Shown here: one piece after another, positions 1 through 12,025 of the stretch
How the letters are laid out: every line of letters starts with the position of its first letter
How positions within the stretch are numbered: the stretch's first letter is position 1
NCBI RefSeq assembly: GCF_048593235.1
Contig: NC_133622.1
Span: forward strand, 228,687,198-228,751,197
Direction: 5' to 3'
DNA length: 64,000 nt
Source of the DNA: Sminthopsis crassicaudata
Taxonomy: Eukaryota
Translations under genes and position numbers: made by a program
Notes under the pieces: model-generated
What the model was told of the DNA's origin: nothing
Seen by the model: only the letters and a program-made list of their open reading frames with translations
Databases searched by the model: none

Positions 1-267
1 ACTTTAGCCTGGATTTCTCCCTTCATGCCCAAGGAAAACAGGGTGTTTTCAAGGGGTGAAATATACTCCTTTTTAAACGTAGAGAAAGATCTAAAAAGAA
101 TAAGGGTGCAGAAGTCACAGAATTATAAGATTATAGATTTAAATATGTAGGGGTTTTAGAAGGTACCTATTTCAGTCTTTACTTAGTGAGGGAAGAAATA
201 GATAGATAAGATGTAGGAGAGGGGACTTCAAATTCATCTTCTCCAAGTTTAAATTGAACATTCTTTC

Positions 268-270
<3 letters not shown>

Positions 271-337
<67 letters not shown>
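271..337. repeat. Compound (TA)n(TG)n microsatellite
   Basis: Direct reading: 15 TA units followed by a TG run. Confidence 0.95.
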
Positions 338-338
<1 letters not shown>

Positions 339-2023
339 TGTATGTATAGTTATGATCTAAGCAGCTTAAAAACCTAAAATACTTTAAATAGGTCCTATAA
401 CTTTAATTAGAATTTATTCATTTATTTATTAGGAACTGAGGGATTAGACAAATTTCATCCTTTCCTTTAGTGTTTCTTACCTTTATAGTTTGTGATCCAA
501 TTGCCCTAGTATAATCTAGAACAACTTGCTATTCTTCATCCACTTGTTCTTTTTCTTCTTGTGGACAGTCAGATTATTTTGAGAGATATTTAAATTTATT
601 TTATAAGCTTGGCAAGATTCTAGAGCTAAAGACATCTTTTGTCGACAGTGGCAAACCCCTATGCTGAACTTCTTAAAGGTCTCTGTATTATGCTTTACAT
701 GAAGGCATATCTAATACATTTCTGTGCACTATGCTACAAAAGCTATGTCAAATCACTGGGGATACAAATAGAAAAGTCAGATGGCCCTATTCTCCAGGAG
801 CTCATATTCTCATAGCAGAAACTTTCAATAGCAAGTCAAGTGGGAAAACTCCCATGATCTTTAAAGTACAGCAGCTAAGGTGATGGTGACTCATCTTTTA
901 AAAATGTCCTTTCTACTGATAAAGTGATATCAATTTCTGTTATTGAACCAAATTTACATCTTGGTGTAATTTTTTTTTTTCTTTCTCCCCAGCTCTTCAA
1001 TAACTTCAATAAATAAAATTTGTAGACCTAATTACAGGTTACAACTTCATAGGGATTATTTCCTAAAATGATGGCTGAGGGCACTGAGCTACAAGCAGAG
1101 CCACAGTCAAGACTCTAGGGTTCTAAGTTCAAATTCTCTCCATTAGGTATTGGGACCAGTCTGAAGGTTATGTGGATAGTACCTAGCACATCCTACATCC
1201 AGTCTCCTCCTCAGAATGTCTTGCTGATTCAATTAATTGGCCAGTTCACCCTCTGCCTGGAACTTTGTTGGCAGCTGATTGGGATATAGTCTCTCTTCTC
1301 TATAGAACTTATCACCCTTGGTGATGGCAGTGAGACCAGAAGCAGGACCACGGTTGGGGCTTGGGGATGGGAGTACTACTATTCCCAGGGCTCTTGATAT
1401 TATCAATCTAGTGGTGGTAGTGTTTCATCAATTGTGGTTTGTTATGTTGAGGAACATAAACATCTTCTCCACAATGATTTCTCCTCTCAATCATGTCTAT
1501 TCATTTAGTGGCCCAGTGGATTTGTTGTTCTGAAGACTCCTGAATTTAAATAATATTAATAGGTGAGCTCAAGTCGTATCCCTGACACATTCTAGTAAGC
1601 CAAAAGGAATCATATACTTTTTCATCATCAATCACTAAACATGTATTTAGCACCTACTATGTAACAGATATTGAATAGGTATTATGATAAGCTCTGGAGA
1701 TGTAAAAAGAAGCAAAATTTCTAAAACTGTAAAGTTTAAAGAAAGCACCAACCTGAGCTGGGAGAAGAAGACACCTTATCTAGAAGTTCTTGATACAAAT
1801 GAAGTCATTTATTTGGTTTATGCCATGAACAATCGTGGTTTTTTTAAATGTTATCAAGATTTGGATAACTTTCAAAAAATTCATATGATTTTACCACATT
1901 CCTGGTACGTACTTTCTCAATGTGCTCTCCTGATTCAAATTCTTTTCAGAGAAGTACAGCACAGATTGGGTACAATATCCTTTAAACCTTTCAGTTAATT
2001 GGGTGATTATTAATATTTGATTA

Positions 2024-2165
2024 GGTAGCAATTGCTGCAATGAATAGATCAAATCTAGTCTCAGCTTACTAAGTATATGACCTTTAGCAGTCACTTAACC
2101 ACGGTTACCTCAGGTTATCATCTAGAAAATGACTTGGGGAAGGAAATAACAAAGCATCCTATTAT
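2024..2165 (+). mobile_element. Degenerate CORE-SINE (Mar1/MIR-like)
   Basis: Core-like 'agtcacttaacc...cctcagg..atcatctagaaaatga' followed by Mar1-type 'ggaaggaaataacaaagcatcc'. Confidence 0.5.
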
Positions 2166-2932
2166 CTGTACCCTAAAAGAGGTAACAAAAAGTCAGAAAT
2201 AACTGAACAGTAATAAAACATTCAGCAATTGTTGATATTCTCTTGGTCACTTTTTAATAATAATAGTAATAATAATATAATGTCTAACAACATAAGGTTT
2301 GAAAAACTATTACTTCATTACTATTACTTTATTACAATATATAATTGATAGGATTTGCATGTAGAATCCTTTATTTAGAATTAAAAAGGACTTCAAATAC
2401 TACATAGTCCAACTTGTGAATACATTGTTCGCCAATGTGATCCAGTGACTTGTCCAAGATTACAAAGATGTTAAAGAAATGAAAAATAAGTAAAAAGAGG
2501 AATAGATGGATGGACAGACAGAAGGATAGACAGACAGAAACACAGAGAAAGATACAGAGACACAGAGATGGGGGAAGGAAAGAGNNNNNNNNNNNNNNNN
2601 NNNNNNNNNNNNNNNNNNNNNNNNNNNNNNNNNNNNNNNNNNNNNNNNNNNNNNNNNNNNNNNNNNNNNNNNNNNNNNNNNNNNNNNNNNNNNNNNNNNN
2701 NNNNNNNNNNNNNNNNNNNNNNNNNNNNNNNNNNNNNNNNCAATTACTATGTGACAAACACTGTGATAAACATTAGGGATACAGAAAAAAGATAGTCCCT
2801 GACNNNNNNNNNNNNNNNNNNNNNNNNNNNNNNNNNNNNNNNNNNNNNNNNNNNNNNNNNNNNNNNNNNNNNNNNNNNNNNNNNNNNNNNNNNNNNNNNN
2901 NNNNNNNNNNNNNNNNNNNNNNNNNNNNNNNN

Positions 2933-3420
2933 CTGCTGTGAAAGACTTTGCTATTTGCAGCAATACAACGATCCAAGACTAGTCTGAAGGACTTAAACGT
3001 GAAAAATACTATACGTGTTCAGAGAAAAAAATGATTGTGTCTGAAGAGAGACAAAAGCATACATTCTTAAACTCTATTTTTGAGTTTTATTTTTGTTTTT
3101 GTTTTTTAGACAGGGGTGAAAATCTGTTTTATTTTACAACATGACATTTAGGGAAATGTTTTGCATAACTTCCCATATGCTTTCTCTTTGGGGAGGGAAG
3201 AGAGGAAAGAATATGGAGTTCAAAATTTTAAAAACATATGTAATTTTTTTTCCTTTTTTTCCATTTTCTTTTTTTTTTCTTTTTTTTGTTTTATTTTTAT
3301 AATTATAACATTTTCTTTGACAGTACATATGTATAGGTAATTTTTTTTGTAAAAAAATTATACGTAACTGGAGAAAATAAAATATTAAACAATAATACAT
3401 AAATAAATAATTGGTTTGTT
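2933..3420 (+). mobile_element. L1 3' UTR fragment
   Basis: 'gcagcaatacaacgatccaagac...gaaaaatactatacgtgttcagagaaaaaa' resembles the marsupial L1 3' UTR; G-rich tract and AATAAA near the end. Confidence 0.7.
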
Positions 3421-3579
3421 GGTTGACCTTCATTCTCAAAAAATCAGAATGACATCATTATGTTGGAATTAAGATATAGTATATACAACTTTGCCTGATG
3501 GGCTTGAAATGCTCTTCCACAGGGCAGGCAAAAATACTTATTAAGGCCAATTAGATTGGAGATATCTCTAAATTTGTGT

Positions 3580-4420
3580 ATTTCTCTTTTCTTTTGAGCT
3601 ACTGAATTCTATTTTCCTTTTTTTTGTTGTTTTTTGTTTTTTGTTTTACTTGACTGATTCTTGATGTCTCATTGAATCATTCATTTCCATTTGTTCAGTT
3701 CTGAGTTTTAGTGAATTTTTTTCTTTACTTTTTTTTTTACTTCTTTTTGTATTTGTCTAATTGAATTTTTAAGTAAATATTTGGTTCTATGTGTTTTTTT
3801 CCATTTTTTTTTCTTTTTTCATTTCACAAATTCTGTTTCTTAAGAAATTACTATCTTTTTCCATTTCACAAATTCTATTTTTTATGGCCTTATATTGCTT
3901 TTACCATTTCACTAAAGTCTATTTTGTGTTGTCTTTTTCAAATCCTCTTGAAAGTTCTCATTTCCTTTCCCCATTTTTCTTCCAGCTCTCTTTTAAGATT
4001 CTTTTTAATTTCTTCCAGAAGAGCCTTGTGAGATGGGGACTAGTTTATATCACCTCTTTGGGCTTCATCTGGAGATGATCTACTTTTAGTCTCCTCAGGA
4101 TTTGAAATCTGTTCTTCTCTTTCACCATAAAAACTATCTATGATCAGAGTTCTTATTGCTTTTTTGTTCATTTTTTTCCCCTAAAGTTGAGATCTGCTTT
4201 TAGGGCAGGGGAGGTTTTCCAAGCTTCATATACAAGCAGCAGCTGCTGTGCTGGTTCAGTGCTGATTCACTCCCACTGCTGGGTGGGCATCGCCAGGTTC
4301 CAAGAGATTCTCGTGTTTTGGGGTTCATTATTTAGCTTTTGTGTTTATGTTGGATGTGTTGTAATTTCTCTTGCAACCAGGACAGAATAGCCAAGTGAAT
4401 TCATCTATAGTATTCAGTAT
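3580..4420 (-). mobile_element. L1 5'UTR + ORF1 N-terminal fragment (decayed)
   Basis: T-rich top strand; reverse complement gives an A-rich coiled-coil ORF1-like sequence similar to the + strand copy at 41100-41700; GC-richer 5'UTR-like part at 4190-4420. Confidence 0.7.
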
Positions 4421-4454
4421 TTCTCTATTTGTTTGTATATTCTCTATTCTCATA

Positions 4455-5140
4455 TATCCATGAAGTCAACTTTTGTATGACCAGTGGATTGCCTGCCTTG
4501 TGAATCTCACATGGAGTACGATCAGAACCAGAAGTTTTCCCACCTGAAAGAAGTGTAATGGTATTCAATATCCCCTTTCTGTTGGAAATTCAGCTTGCTA
4601 AAACTTGATGTCAATCTATCCCTTCTCCTTATAATGATAGTCTATTAAATGCCAATGTGTGCTTCATGGGGTGCATCCACAAAGTTTTACTGAGTTTTGA
4701 TAAATGAAAGATAGTACAGTTGATAAGATGATTATGAGCTTCACAAGTCTTCAGGAGCAAGTGACTGTTTCTGTTGCTATTTCTCATTCAATTCTTTGCA
4801 AGGATGCCCTCCTATATCAGGTCCTGTGTAAATACTTTTGCATCAGAGTCACATAAAATTGTAAGCTTAATTTTTTGGATCATTGATGATAAGAATCTCC
4901 AGGTCTTCATAAATTTTTGCTTTTACTTCATCAGGGTTAATCATGATGGGAAAATATATGCATTAATTTTAGAGACATGATGCTTTCCTGCAAGTGGCAA
5001 TAACATTACCATGAATTTGTTCCTCACTCCTTTTGGTATGCATACAAGTTTATTACATTAATTTTGGTTGTAAACATATGCCAGCTTCATTGAACTCCCC
5101 TTCACTGTGACCACTCTAGTAAAATGTGTATCCAGCTGTG
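4455..5140 (-). mobile_element. RTE-clade LINE fragment (APE endonuclease joined to start of RT region)
   Basis: Minus-strand translation with stops/frameshifts gives AGYTFY*SGHSEGE, NPDEVKAKIYEDLE, LLLKTCEAH, SWMHP.KH.WHLIDY and SGGKTSGSDRTPCEIHKAG, matching RTE ORF motifs. Confidence 0.85.
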
Positions 5141-5144
5141 ACAT

Positions 5145-5675
5145 CAGAATTGATTGTCATATAGTCTTGTTCTTGCCGTGTACCATGATCTCCTGGTTCT
5201 GCTCACTTCACTCAGCAGCAGTTCTAAGTCTCTCCAGGCCTTTCTGAAATCATCTGCTGATCATTTCTTACAAAACAATAGTATTCCAGAATATTCTTAT
5301 ACCATAACTTATTTAACCATTCTCCAACTTATGGGCATCCACTCAGTTTCCTGTTTCTTGTCACTAGAAAAAGGGCTGCCACAAACATTTTCTCACATGT
5401 GGGTCCCTTTCTGTCTTTTAAGCTATAAACCCAGTAGAAACACTGTTGAGTCAAAGGGTATTTATTCAGTGTTTGATAACTTTTTGAACATAGTTCCAAA
5501 GTGCTCCCCAGAATGGCTGGATCCATTCACAATACCACCAACAATGTATCAGTGTCCCAGTTTTCCTCATCCCCCTTCAACATTCATCACCTTTTCCTTT
5601 CATCTTAGCCAATCTGACAGGTGTGTGGTGATACCTCAGAGTTATCTTAATTTACATTTTTCTGATCACTAATGG
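5145..5675 (-). mobile_element. L1 ORF2 C-terminus / 3' UTR fragment
   Basis: 'ctcctggttctgctcacttcactcagc', 'gggcatccactcagtttcc', 'cattcacaataccaccaacaatg' are reverse-complement L1 3' hallmarks. Confidence 0.9.
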
Positions 5676-5714
5676 GCATCTCCAAGGTTAACCATGCTCT
5701 CTAAGCATTCCACA

Positions 5715-5947
5715 GTGTTGCTCAGTAACTCTGTCACGTCCAACTCTTTCTGCTCCTATTTGATGTTTTCTTCATAAAGACTCTGGGATGATTTGTCATT
5801 TCCTTCTCTAGTTCATTTTATAGATAAGAAAACAGAGGCAAACAGGATTACATAGATCGTAAGTATCTTAGACTGGATTTGAACTCAGGAAGATGAGTCT
5901 TCCTTATTCCAAGTCCTGCACTCTATTCACTGTACAACCTAGCTACC
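5715..5947 (-). mobile_element. Mar1-type CORE-SINE
   Basis: 'catttccttctctagttcattttatagataagaaaacagaggcaaacagg...ggatttgaactcaggaagatgagtcttcc...cctagctacc'. Confidence 0.85.
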
Positions 5948-6111
5948 CAAATATGTGAATGGTCTATTACAAATAACCAATTTGTCCTATAAGAGACCTG
6001 CATTCAGTTTCTGGTTCTATTATACTCTATGACTTTGAGCCATACATTTCTCCTCTTTGGAGATTAATTTTCTTATCCATCAAACTGAGGTTCTGGACTG
6101 GATAATGTCAT

Positions 6112-6300
6112 AACATTTATATGATACCTTACGGTTTTCAAAGCACTTTATAAAATTATTTCATTTGATCTTCACAAAACTCTGTGAGCTAAGTATTATT
6201 AATACACCTCCATTTTCCAGATAAGGAAACTGAGGCAGATATTGGGTGACTTGGTTAGGGTCACACAGCTAGTTAAGTGTCTGAGAACAGATTTTACACA
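6112..6300 (-). mobile_element. MIR SINE
   Basis: 'ttttccagataaggaaactgaggcaga...gtgacttggttagggtcacacagctagt' core. Confidence 0.8.
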
Positions 6301-7479
6301 AAATCCCAATTCAATCCAGAGGACCCCCTAGCTGCCTGCTTAAGGTCCCTTCTAACTCTGGTACTCTATCATCATGGTCTGAACTTCTCTAGAGTAGTAT
6401 TTAATATAAACCCATAATTTCTATGTTCATTTCTAGCTATATCATTCTGTGATTTTAGACATAAATATCTATTAAAATGTGTTTTAATTCGTGTTTTTAA
6501 AGAGGGAATTTTTCCCCATAAGAACGTATTGCATAGAATATGTTTTGTCCAAGGATGAGAGGTCGTCATCACAGGTTCTGTCCACACCTGGAAATTAACA
6601 AACTCCCACAGGTGCTTGCAATGCAGAATACACTTGAAAGAAGTTTCAGACATTATCAGCAGCATGAATCACTGAAGCAAAGTGATCCTGAAAGAGTGAG
6701 GAGTTCAAGCAAAAACTCCTTTCCTTTGAGAGTGCATCTTTTCCTCTGGCAGCCAGTATGGAGTCTTCACTTGCTGTGCTGCTATTATTTTCAAGGCTGC
6801 AGTTCAGAGTCTTTGGTACACTGTGTTCTATAAGGATAGTCCTTCACTCTGAGCCTTCCTGAGGTTTCCTTTATTTTTGTTATTTTTTCCTTCTTTCTAG
6901 TAGAAAATATTTTATTTGTAAAGAAAAAAGTAAAAAGGAGGAGGAAAAAAGGTTTTGTTCTCCATTAAGGAGAAGTGGGACAGAAAGCTTCACTCTACAA
7001 TCCAGATGAAATTAAACTAGAATCTGTGGCACACAATGGCCTTCACTAATGTGCCCTCATCACAGGGCTCACTGCTCCCACTGTTCTAGATTTCTAAGGA
7101 CCGATCACAGCTGGGCTGTCCCTGTCACCGAATTTCCATGTCTGATTTAGTGACCATGAGATTAAATTTCACCTTACCCCAGACACTCATTTATTTCCAT
7201 AATGATTAGCACAACCTGCTGTCAGTGACTGATCATGACTCCTAATTTTTTTTAATTTTCTAATAAAGATGTACTTGTTACACATGTCTGTCCAGAATAC
7301 GGAGGCAATACGCATTTACATGCCAATATAAAAAGGTGGACCACAAATCTCTGGAATTCTGAAAGCTAATCTAATAAAAAAAAAACTGTCTGAACTAAGT
7401 AGATCTCTCACATCTCTTTCTATGTCATTTATTCATACAACCTTACCCATGTTCAGTTCATATATTCCTAAAACCCTGA

Positions 7480-7807
7480 TCTTTGTCATTGCCCTTTAGA
7501 AGGGTTGATAGCTCTCCATCATCTTTTTAGATATCACACAATTTCTTCTCCATGGCAATTAAAAGACTTGAAATTCTACCTCCAAACTATAAACTGATTT
7601 CTCACAATTCCCTTTCATACAATCTACAGTCCAGCTAAACTGGCCAGCTGGATGATATCTCTTCCCAGCATACCATCTCAGGTTTTCCCTGGGCCCGGAA
7701 ATGTACTCCGACTTCATCTCTTCCCCAGGGAATCCCAATGTCTCTGAAAAGCTCATCTCAAGTATTGCTTATTACAAGAGAGGTTTCTTCCTATCCCAGA
7801 TTGCTAA
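7480..7807 (+). mobile_element. L2 3' fragment (target of the LTR insertion)
   Basis: 'ccagctaaactggcc', 'aaagctcatctcaagt', 'tttcttcctatccc' resemble the L2 3' region. Confidence 0.55.
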
Positions 7808-7813
7808 AATCCC

Positions 7814-8345
7814 TGTTAGGATTACTAGGTGAGAACTCAGGTTGTCTGGACAGTGACAAGGTGATAACTCAGGTTGACTTGACAGTTCTCTGGCTCAGAC
7901 CTTTGGTTTGGGCCTTTAAAGGGAGTTTACACCTTAGGAATTCTAAGAGGAGAAAGCTCATTGGTTGGGGTACTTCTTCCCAGAAGCCCTTGCATTATCC
8001 CACGGCCATTCTCTGGGAGGATAAAAGAGGACACCACTCCAGAGATAGGAGAAGTCTCTGCACTATATCAGGCTTGACGGGGCTCTCTGCAGGAAGGGAA
8101 GTCACTTCTTTGGACAAGAGTTAAGGGCAACTGCCTGGATACAATGGTTCTCTACAGGAAGAAGAATCTGTCCGAGAGATATGAGTTGACACAACAGATC
8201 TCTTCCCAGAGAGCGATAGGCAGCTTCTGGAGACAACAGCATGCTACAATTGGCGCCCAACATGGGGCCAGGACTTTTCCTTATCCTGACAAGGACTTAT
8301 TCTGAGCCCTTCAGAAGAGCTAGACTGGATCATAGCAAATTCCCA
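7814..8345 (+). mobile_element. ERV class II (betaretrovirus-like) LTR-type element with internal PBS, flanked by 6-bp TSD
   Basis: Starts TG (7814), ends CA (8345); AATCCC at 7808-7813 and 8346-8351; reverse CCAAT (ATTGG ~7960), TATA-like GATAAAA (~8020), 32-bp-period repeat in U3, PBS at 8251. Confidence 0.85.
8251..8268 (+). promoter_or_regulatory. Retroviral primer-binding site, tRNA-Lys1,2 (CUU) type
   Basis: TGGCGCCCAACATGGGGC versus canonical TGGCGCCCAACGTGGGGC (17/18, one CpG-type change), preceded by ...CTACA-AT. Confidence 0.92.
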
Positions 8346-9669
8346 AATCCCCCNNNNNNNNNNNNNNNNNNNNNNNNNNNNNNNNNNNNNNNNNNNNNNN
8401 NNNNNNNNNNNNNNNNNNNNNNNNNNNNNNNNNNNNNNNNNNNNNNNNNNNNNNNNNNNNNNNNNNNNNNNNNNNNNNNNNNNNNNNNNNNNNNNNNNNN
8501 NNNNNNNNNNNNNNNNNNNNNNNNNNNNNNNNNNNNNNNNGTATTACTTTTACTTCATATATATATATNNNNNNNNNNNNNNNNNNNNNNNNNNNNNNNN
8601 NNNNNNNNNNNNNNNNNNNNNNNNNNNNNNNNNNNNNNNNNNNNNNNNNNNNNNNNNNNNNNNNNNNNNNNNNNNNNNNNNNNNNNNNNNNNNNNNNNNN
8701 NNNNNNNNATATATGCTTCTTCTCTGGAAAAACTGATGTTCCATTTAGTTAAGAACTGACTTTTCTCCTGTTTTTATTGCTGTTGATGGTTTCATTGTGT
8801 TTTTTTCAGAATTTTGTATCTCCATAACAGTATTGTGCTTGATACATAGAAGGACCTTAATACTCAATGGATATGCATTGAAATATAAAATGTCTTTATA
8901 TTTTCCATGTATCCCAATCTTATAAAATAGTATAATTATATAATGATATCTCATCCCCACTGTGTTTTTAAAGTAAAATACATCTTAAACAAATCGAGTT
9001 TCATTGACATGAATAAAATTATAAGATTCATGTAGTGCATAGAATATACTTAAACATTTTTCCTCTTGTATGAACTTAATTGGGTTTAATTGTACTTTCC
9101 CCTTAATTATCTAACAGTAATGTTTTAAAGGCAGATTTGACAAAGCAAATCAGAATTATTCTTACATGATTCTATGTATTCACTATTTAATTCCATAGTA
9201 TTGAATTTTTGTCTCTGTCTCTGTCTCTCTCTGTGTTTTTGACTTTCTCTCTGCTTCTTTCTCCCTCTGCTTCTGTCTCCCTCTGTCTCTCTCTCTCTCT
9301 CTATCTCTGAATAACAAGAGATTCCATTACAATATTATATTGGAATTTCAACTAACTTTCATATTAAATTTACATAACAACTATATGACCTCATCACGGC
9401 TTAGGAGATTCAGTGAAAACAGATTAGCAAAGTAAATCAAAACCCACCAAGCCCAAGGACCATTTCTAAAAGAGCTTATTTAGTTTATCTGATTTTCTGT
9501 TCACTTTTCACCAAAGGGTTATTGTGAGGCTTCCAGTTCTAGCTTAATAAAGTTTAATTTGTACCAAATTAAAGGTTATTTGTTATTTAAGAAATTGAAT
9601 CAAAAGCCCCTACACACAAATAATTTTAAAAAATCACCTGTAGCAAATGATGTGTTTGTAGGCAGTAGA

Positions 9670-10224
9670 TGATGAGCTTTAGAGAAAGCACCAAAGGCTG
9701 AGGAGTTCACTTAGGTAAAGAATTCTCAATGGCCGTTCTCTTTAGCAAAAGGTAGGTTTATATAGGAAAAGAGATCACAGAAAAATGAAGAAATATGATA
9801 CACACCAGAAGTGGTAAATATGAAATAGAGTGGAGAGAATATACTTGGTTTTAACAATAATGATGGAATTGGCAAGTTCACTAGTGTAATCCACAATTAG
9901 CCACGAGAAAGGAAACACCCTATGAGCTTGGGGAATTCTCTTAGCTGACAGGCTAAATTTTACAAGGTATTTAGCACCCTAAAAGGGTTATTAGTGATAA
10001 AAAGAAGACAGACATCATAAGGCATGGTGGGGGATTGATAGGAGAACATGGTGGGGAGAAGAGAAAAAACGCCACATGTTATGAGGGAGGGGAAAAGGGA
10101 AAAACAGCACAAGACAGAGTGTCATGGTGGACTGACCTACAGGATTTGGTAAAGATGGCATGATTAATCCCAGGGACATACTTTAATTCAAATCCTAGAA
10201 TCCCACTAACTAGATGTTTCATCA
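9670..10224 (-). mobile_element. Solo LTR (old ERV family), copy A
   Basis: TGATG...CATCA termini; clear homology to 12026-12652 ('agcaccaaa', 'aagaattc', 'taggtttat', 'tttagcaccct'). Confidence 0.65.
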
Positions 10225-10404
10225 CTTAGTTTGTGAGGGTCTTGTATTCCTTATTTTTGAAAAAAAATAGGTTTGAATTTAATGTCTTCAAATGGGGGTT
10301 GAATCATACCAATTTATAAGGCTTATCACAGAGAGCATTCCTCTGAATCAAACAACAATTATTTATTAGGTGCCTACTGTGTGTCCAATAATTAGAATAC
10401 AAAT

Positions 10405-10600
10405 AGAAAGAGAAAGGACTGTAGGATCACAATGTGGATCACAACATAGCATTCTCACTCGTTTTGTTGTTGTTCACTTGCATTTTGTTTTCTTATTCAT
10501 TTACTTTCTTTTTTTTATCCGATTTTTCTTGTGCAGCAAGAGAATTGTATAAAAATGTTTATACACGTTGGATTTAACATATATTTTAACATGTATAACA
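10405..10600 (+). mobile_element. L1 3' UTR fragment
   Basis: 'tgtggatcacaacatagcattctcactc...gatttttcttgtgcagcaaga...ggatttaacatatattttaacatg'. Confidence 0.75.
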
Positions 10601-12025
10601 TGAATAAATATAACAGAAAATAAAATAGATTCTAAACTTCTAACNNNNNNNNNNNNNNNNNNNNNNNNNNNNNNNNNNNNNNNNNNNNNNNNNNNNNNNN
10701 NNNNNNNNNNNNNNNNNNNNNNNNNNNNNNNNNNNNNNNNNNNNNNNNNNNNNNNNNNNNNNNNNNNNNNNNNNNNNNNNNNNNNATATAAGCATGTGAA
10801 ATATATATACACAAGATGATTTTGGTCTTGGTTTATTTTGATTTTTTTTTGGTTTCTATTATTAAGGTTTGATTTGGGTATGAGAGAAAGCACTAGAATC
10901 TATAGCACCAAAATAGCTTTCATATATATTAGGAAGCAGAATTTTGAAGAAAATGAGAAATTCTAAAGAGATGAAGGTGAAGTAAGAGTGCTTCCAAGGC
11001 AATGGGGGGAAAAGTTTATGAGGTACCAAGATAAGACGTTGGCATATGGAGTGGGGGTGTCAGCTTGGGAGGACCACCCTTTTGGCTGATCTGCAAATTG
11101 GACTAAGAGAAAGGAGAGCGTAATAAATAGTTTGAGGCAAGTATTTAAGAGTTTACAAGCATAAGTTGAACCCTGAGCATCTTGTTATTAAAGGCCCTTT
11201 CTAGCTTAAGATTCTGACATATAGAAAGTTTTTTTTTTTTCCTTTGGGAAGCATCTTAAGCAACAGATATGAATCAAAATTATTTCTGAATCTGCCACAT
11301 TAGTCTCCTGCCTTTGAATGGCTTTGTTTTAAATTGACTTTTATTCTCTTTATATTCATTATATTTATTTTTGTCCTGGTTTCCTCCTTTTGAATATAAG
11401 CACCTTGTTATGAGAAATTGTTTTATTCATTATCTTTGGATCCCTAGTGCCTAGCACAAGAACTGGCACTTAGTAGGCATTTAAAAAAACAATTGTTGAT
11501 TAATTGATGAAAGTCACTACTGCTCTTTTGATTCTCTATTGACCTTTGAGGCAAATCCCATATAATTGTCAGTTCAGAATTACATGCCTTTGTGTTTCAT
11601 GCACAATCACAGAATGGCCTGACAAAAAAGAAGGGAGATAAAAGAATTATCTTCATAAAGGAATTATCTTCATTATTAGAAATAAGCCTTCTAATAAAGC
11701 AGCCATTGTTGAGGAAAGAAAAACTCTAATGTATGCAAAGAAGGCAAAAGAACTCTGGTTTTGAAATCAGTTGATTTGTTTTTGGAAGTTTTTTTTTTTC
11801 CTTCTATTTTCTAATAAAGCCTGTTCTTCTCCCTTCATTCCTTCCTAAGAGGAAAGTCTATCACCTACAGTTTTACTCCAAAGGCTTATAAAGATGTGTG
11901 ACACATTAGCATATGCCTGACATGCTGCAACTGTGACCAGCAGAGCATGGCGTTCCCCATCCCTCCCGAAGGACCTGTTGCTCTTATGGCAAAAGATAAA
12001 GCAGTGGGGAACTGCAATGGACAGC

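Noticed and set aside
1305-1561. Segment with good acceptor (ctctcttctctatag) and donor (AG/GTGAGC); 71-aa ORF
   Set aside because: All three frames contain stops across the putative exon and no homology was recognised; could only be non-coding.
2371-2976. Cluster of ORFs containing X runs (also at 8241, 10501, 23701, 25357, 31236, 38809, 54778, 62449)
   Set aside because: Artefacts of translation through N-runs.
5154-5672. 172-aa plus-strand ORF (longest N-free ORF)
   Set aside because: It is the antisense strand of an L1 ORF2/3' UTR fragment.
7738-8124. 128-aa ORF
   Set aside because: Spans the L2/LTR junction and U3; no gag, pol or env motifs.
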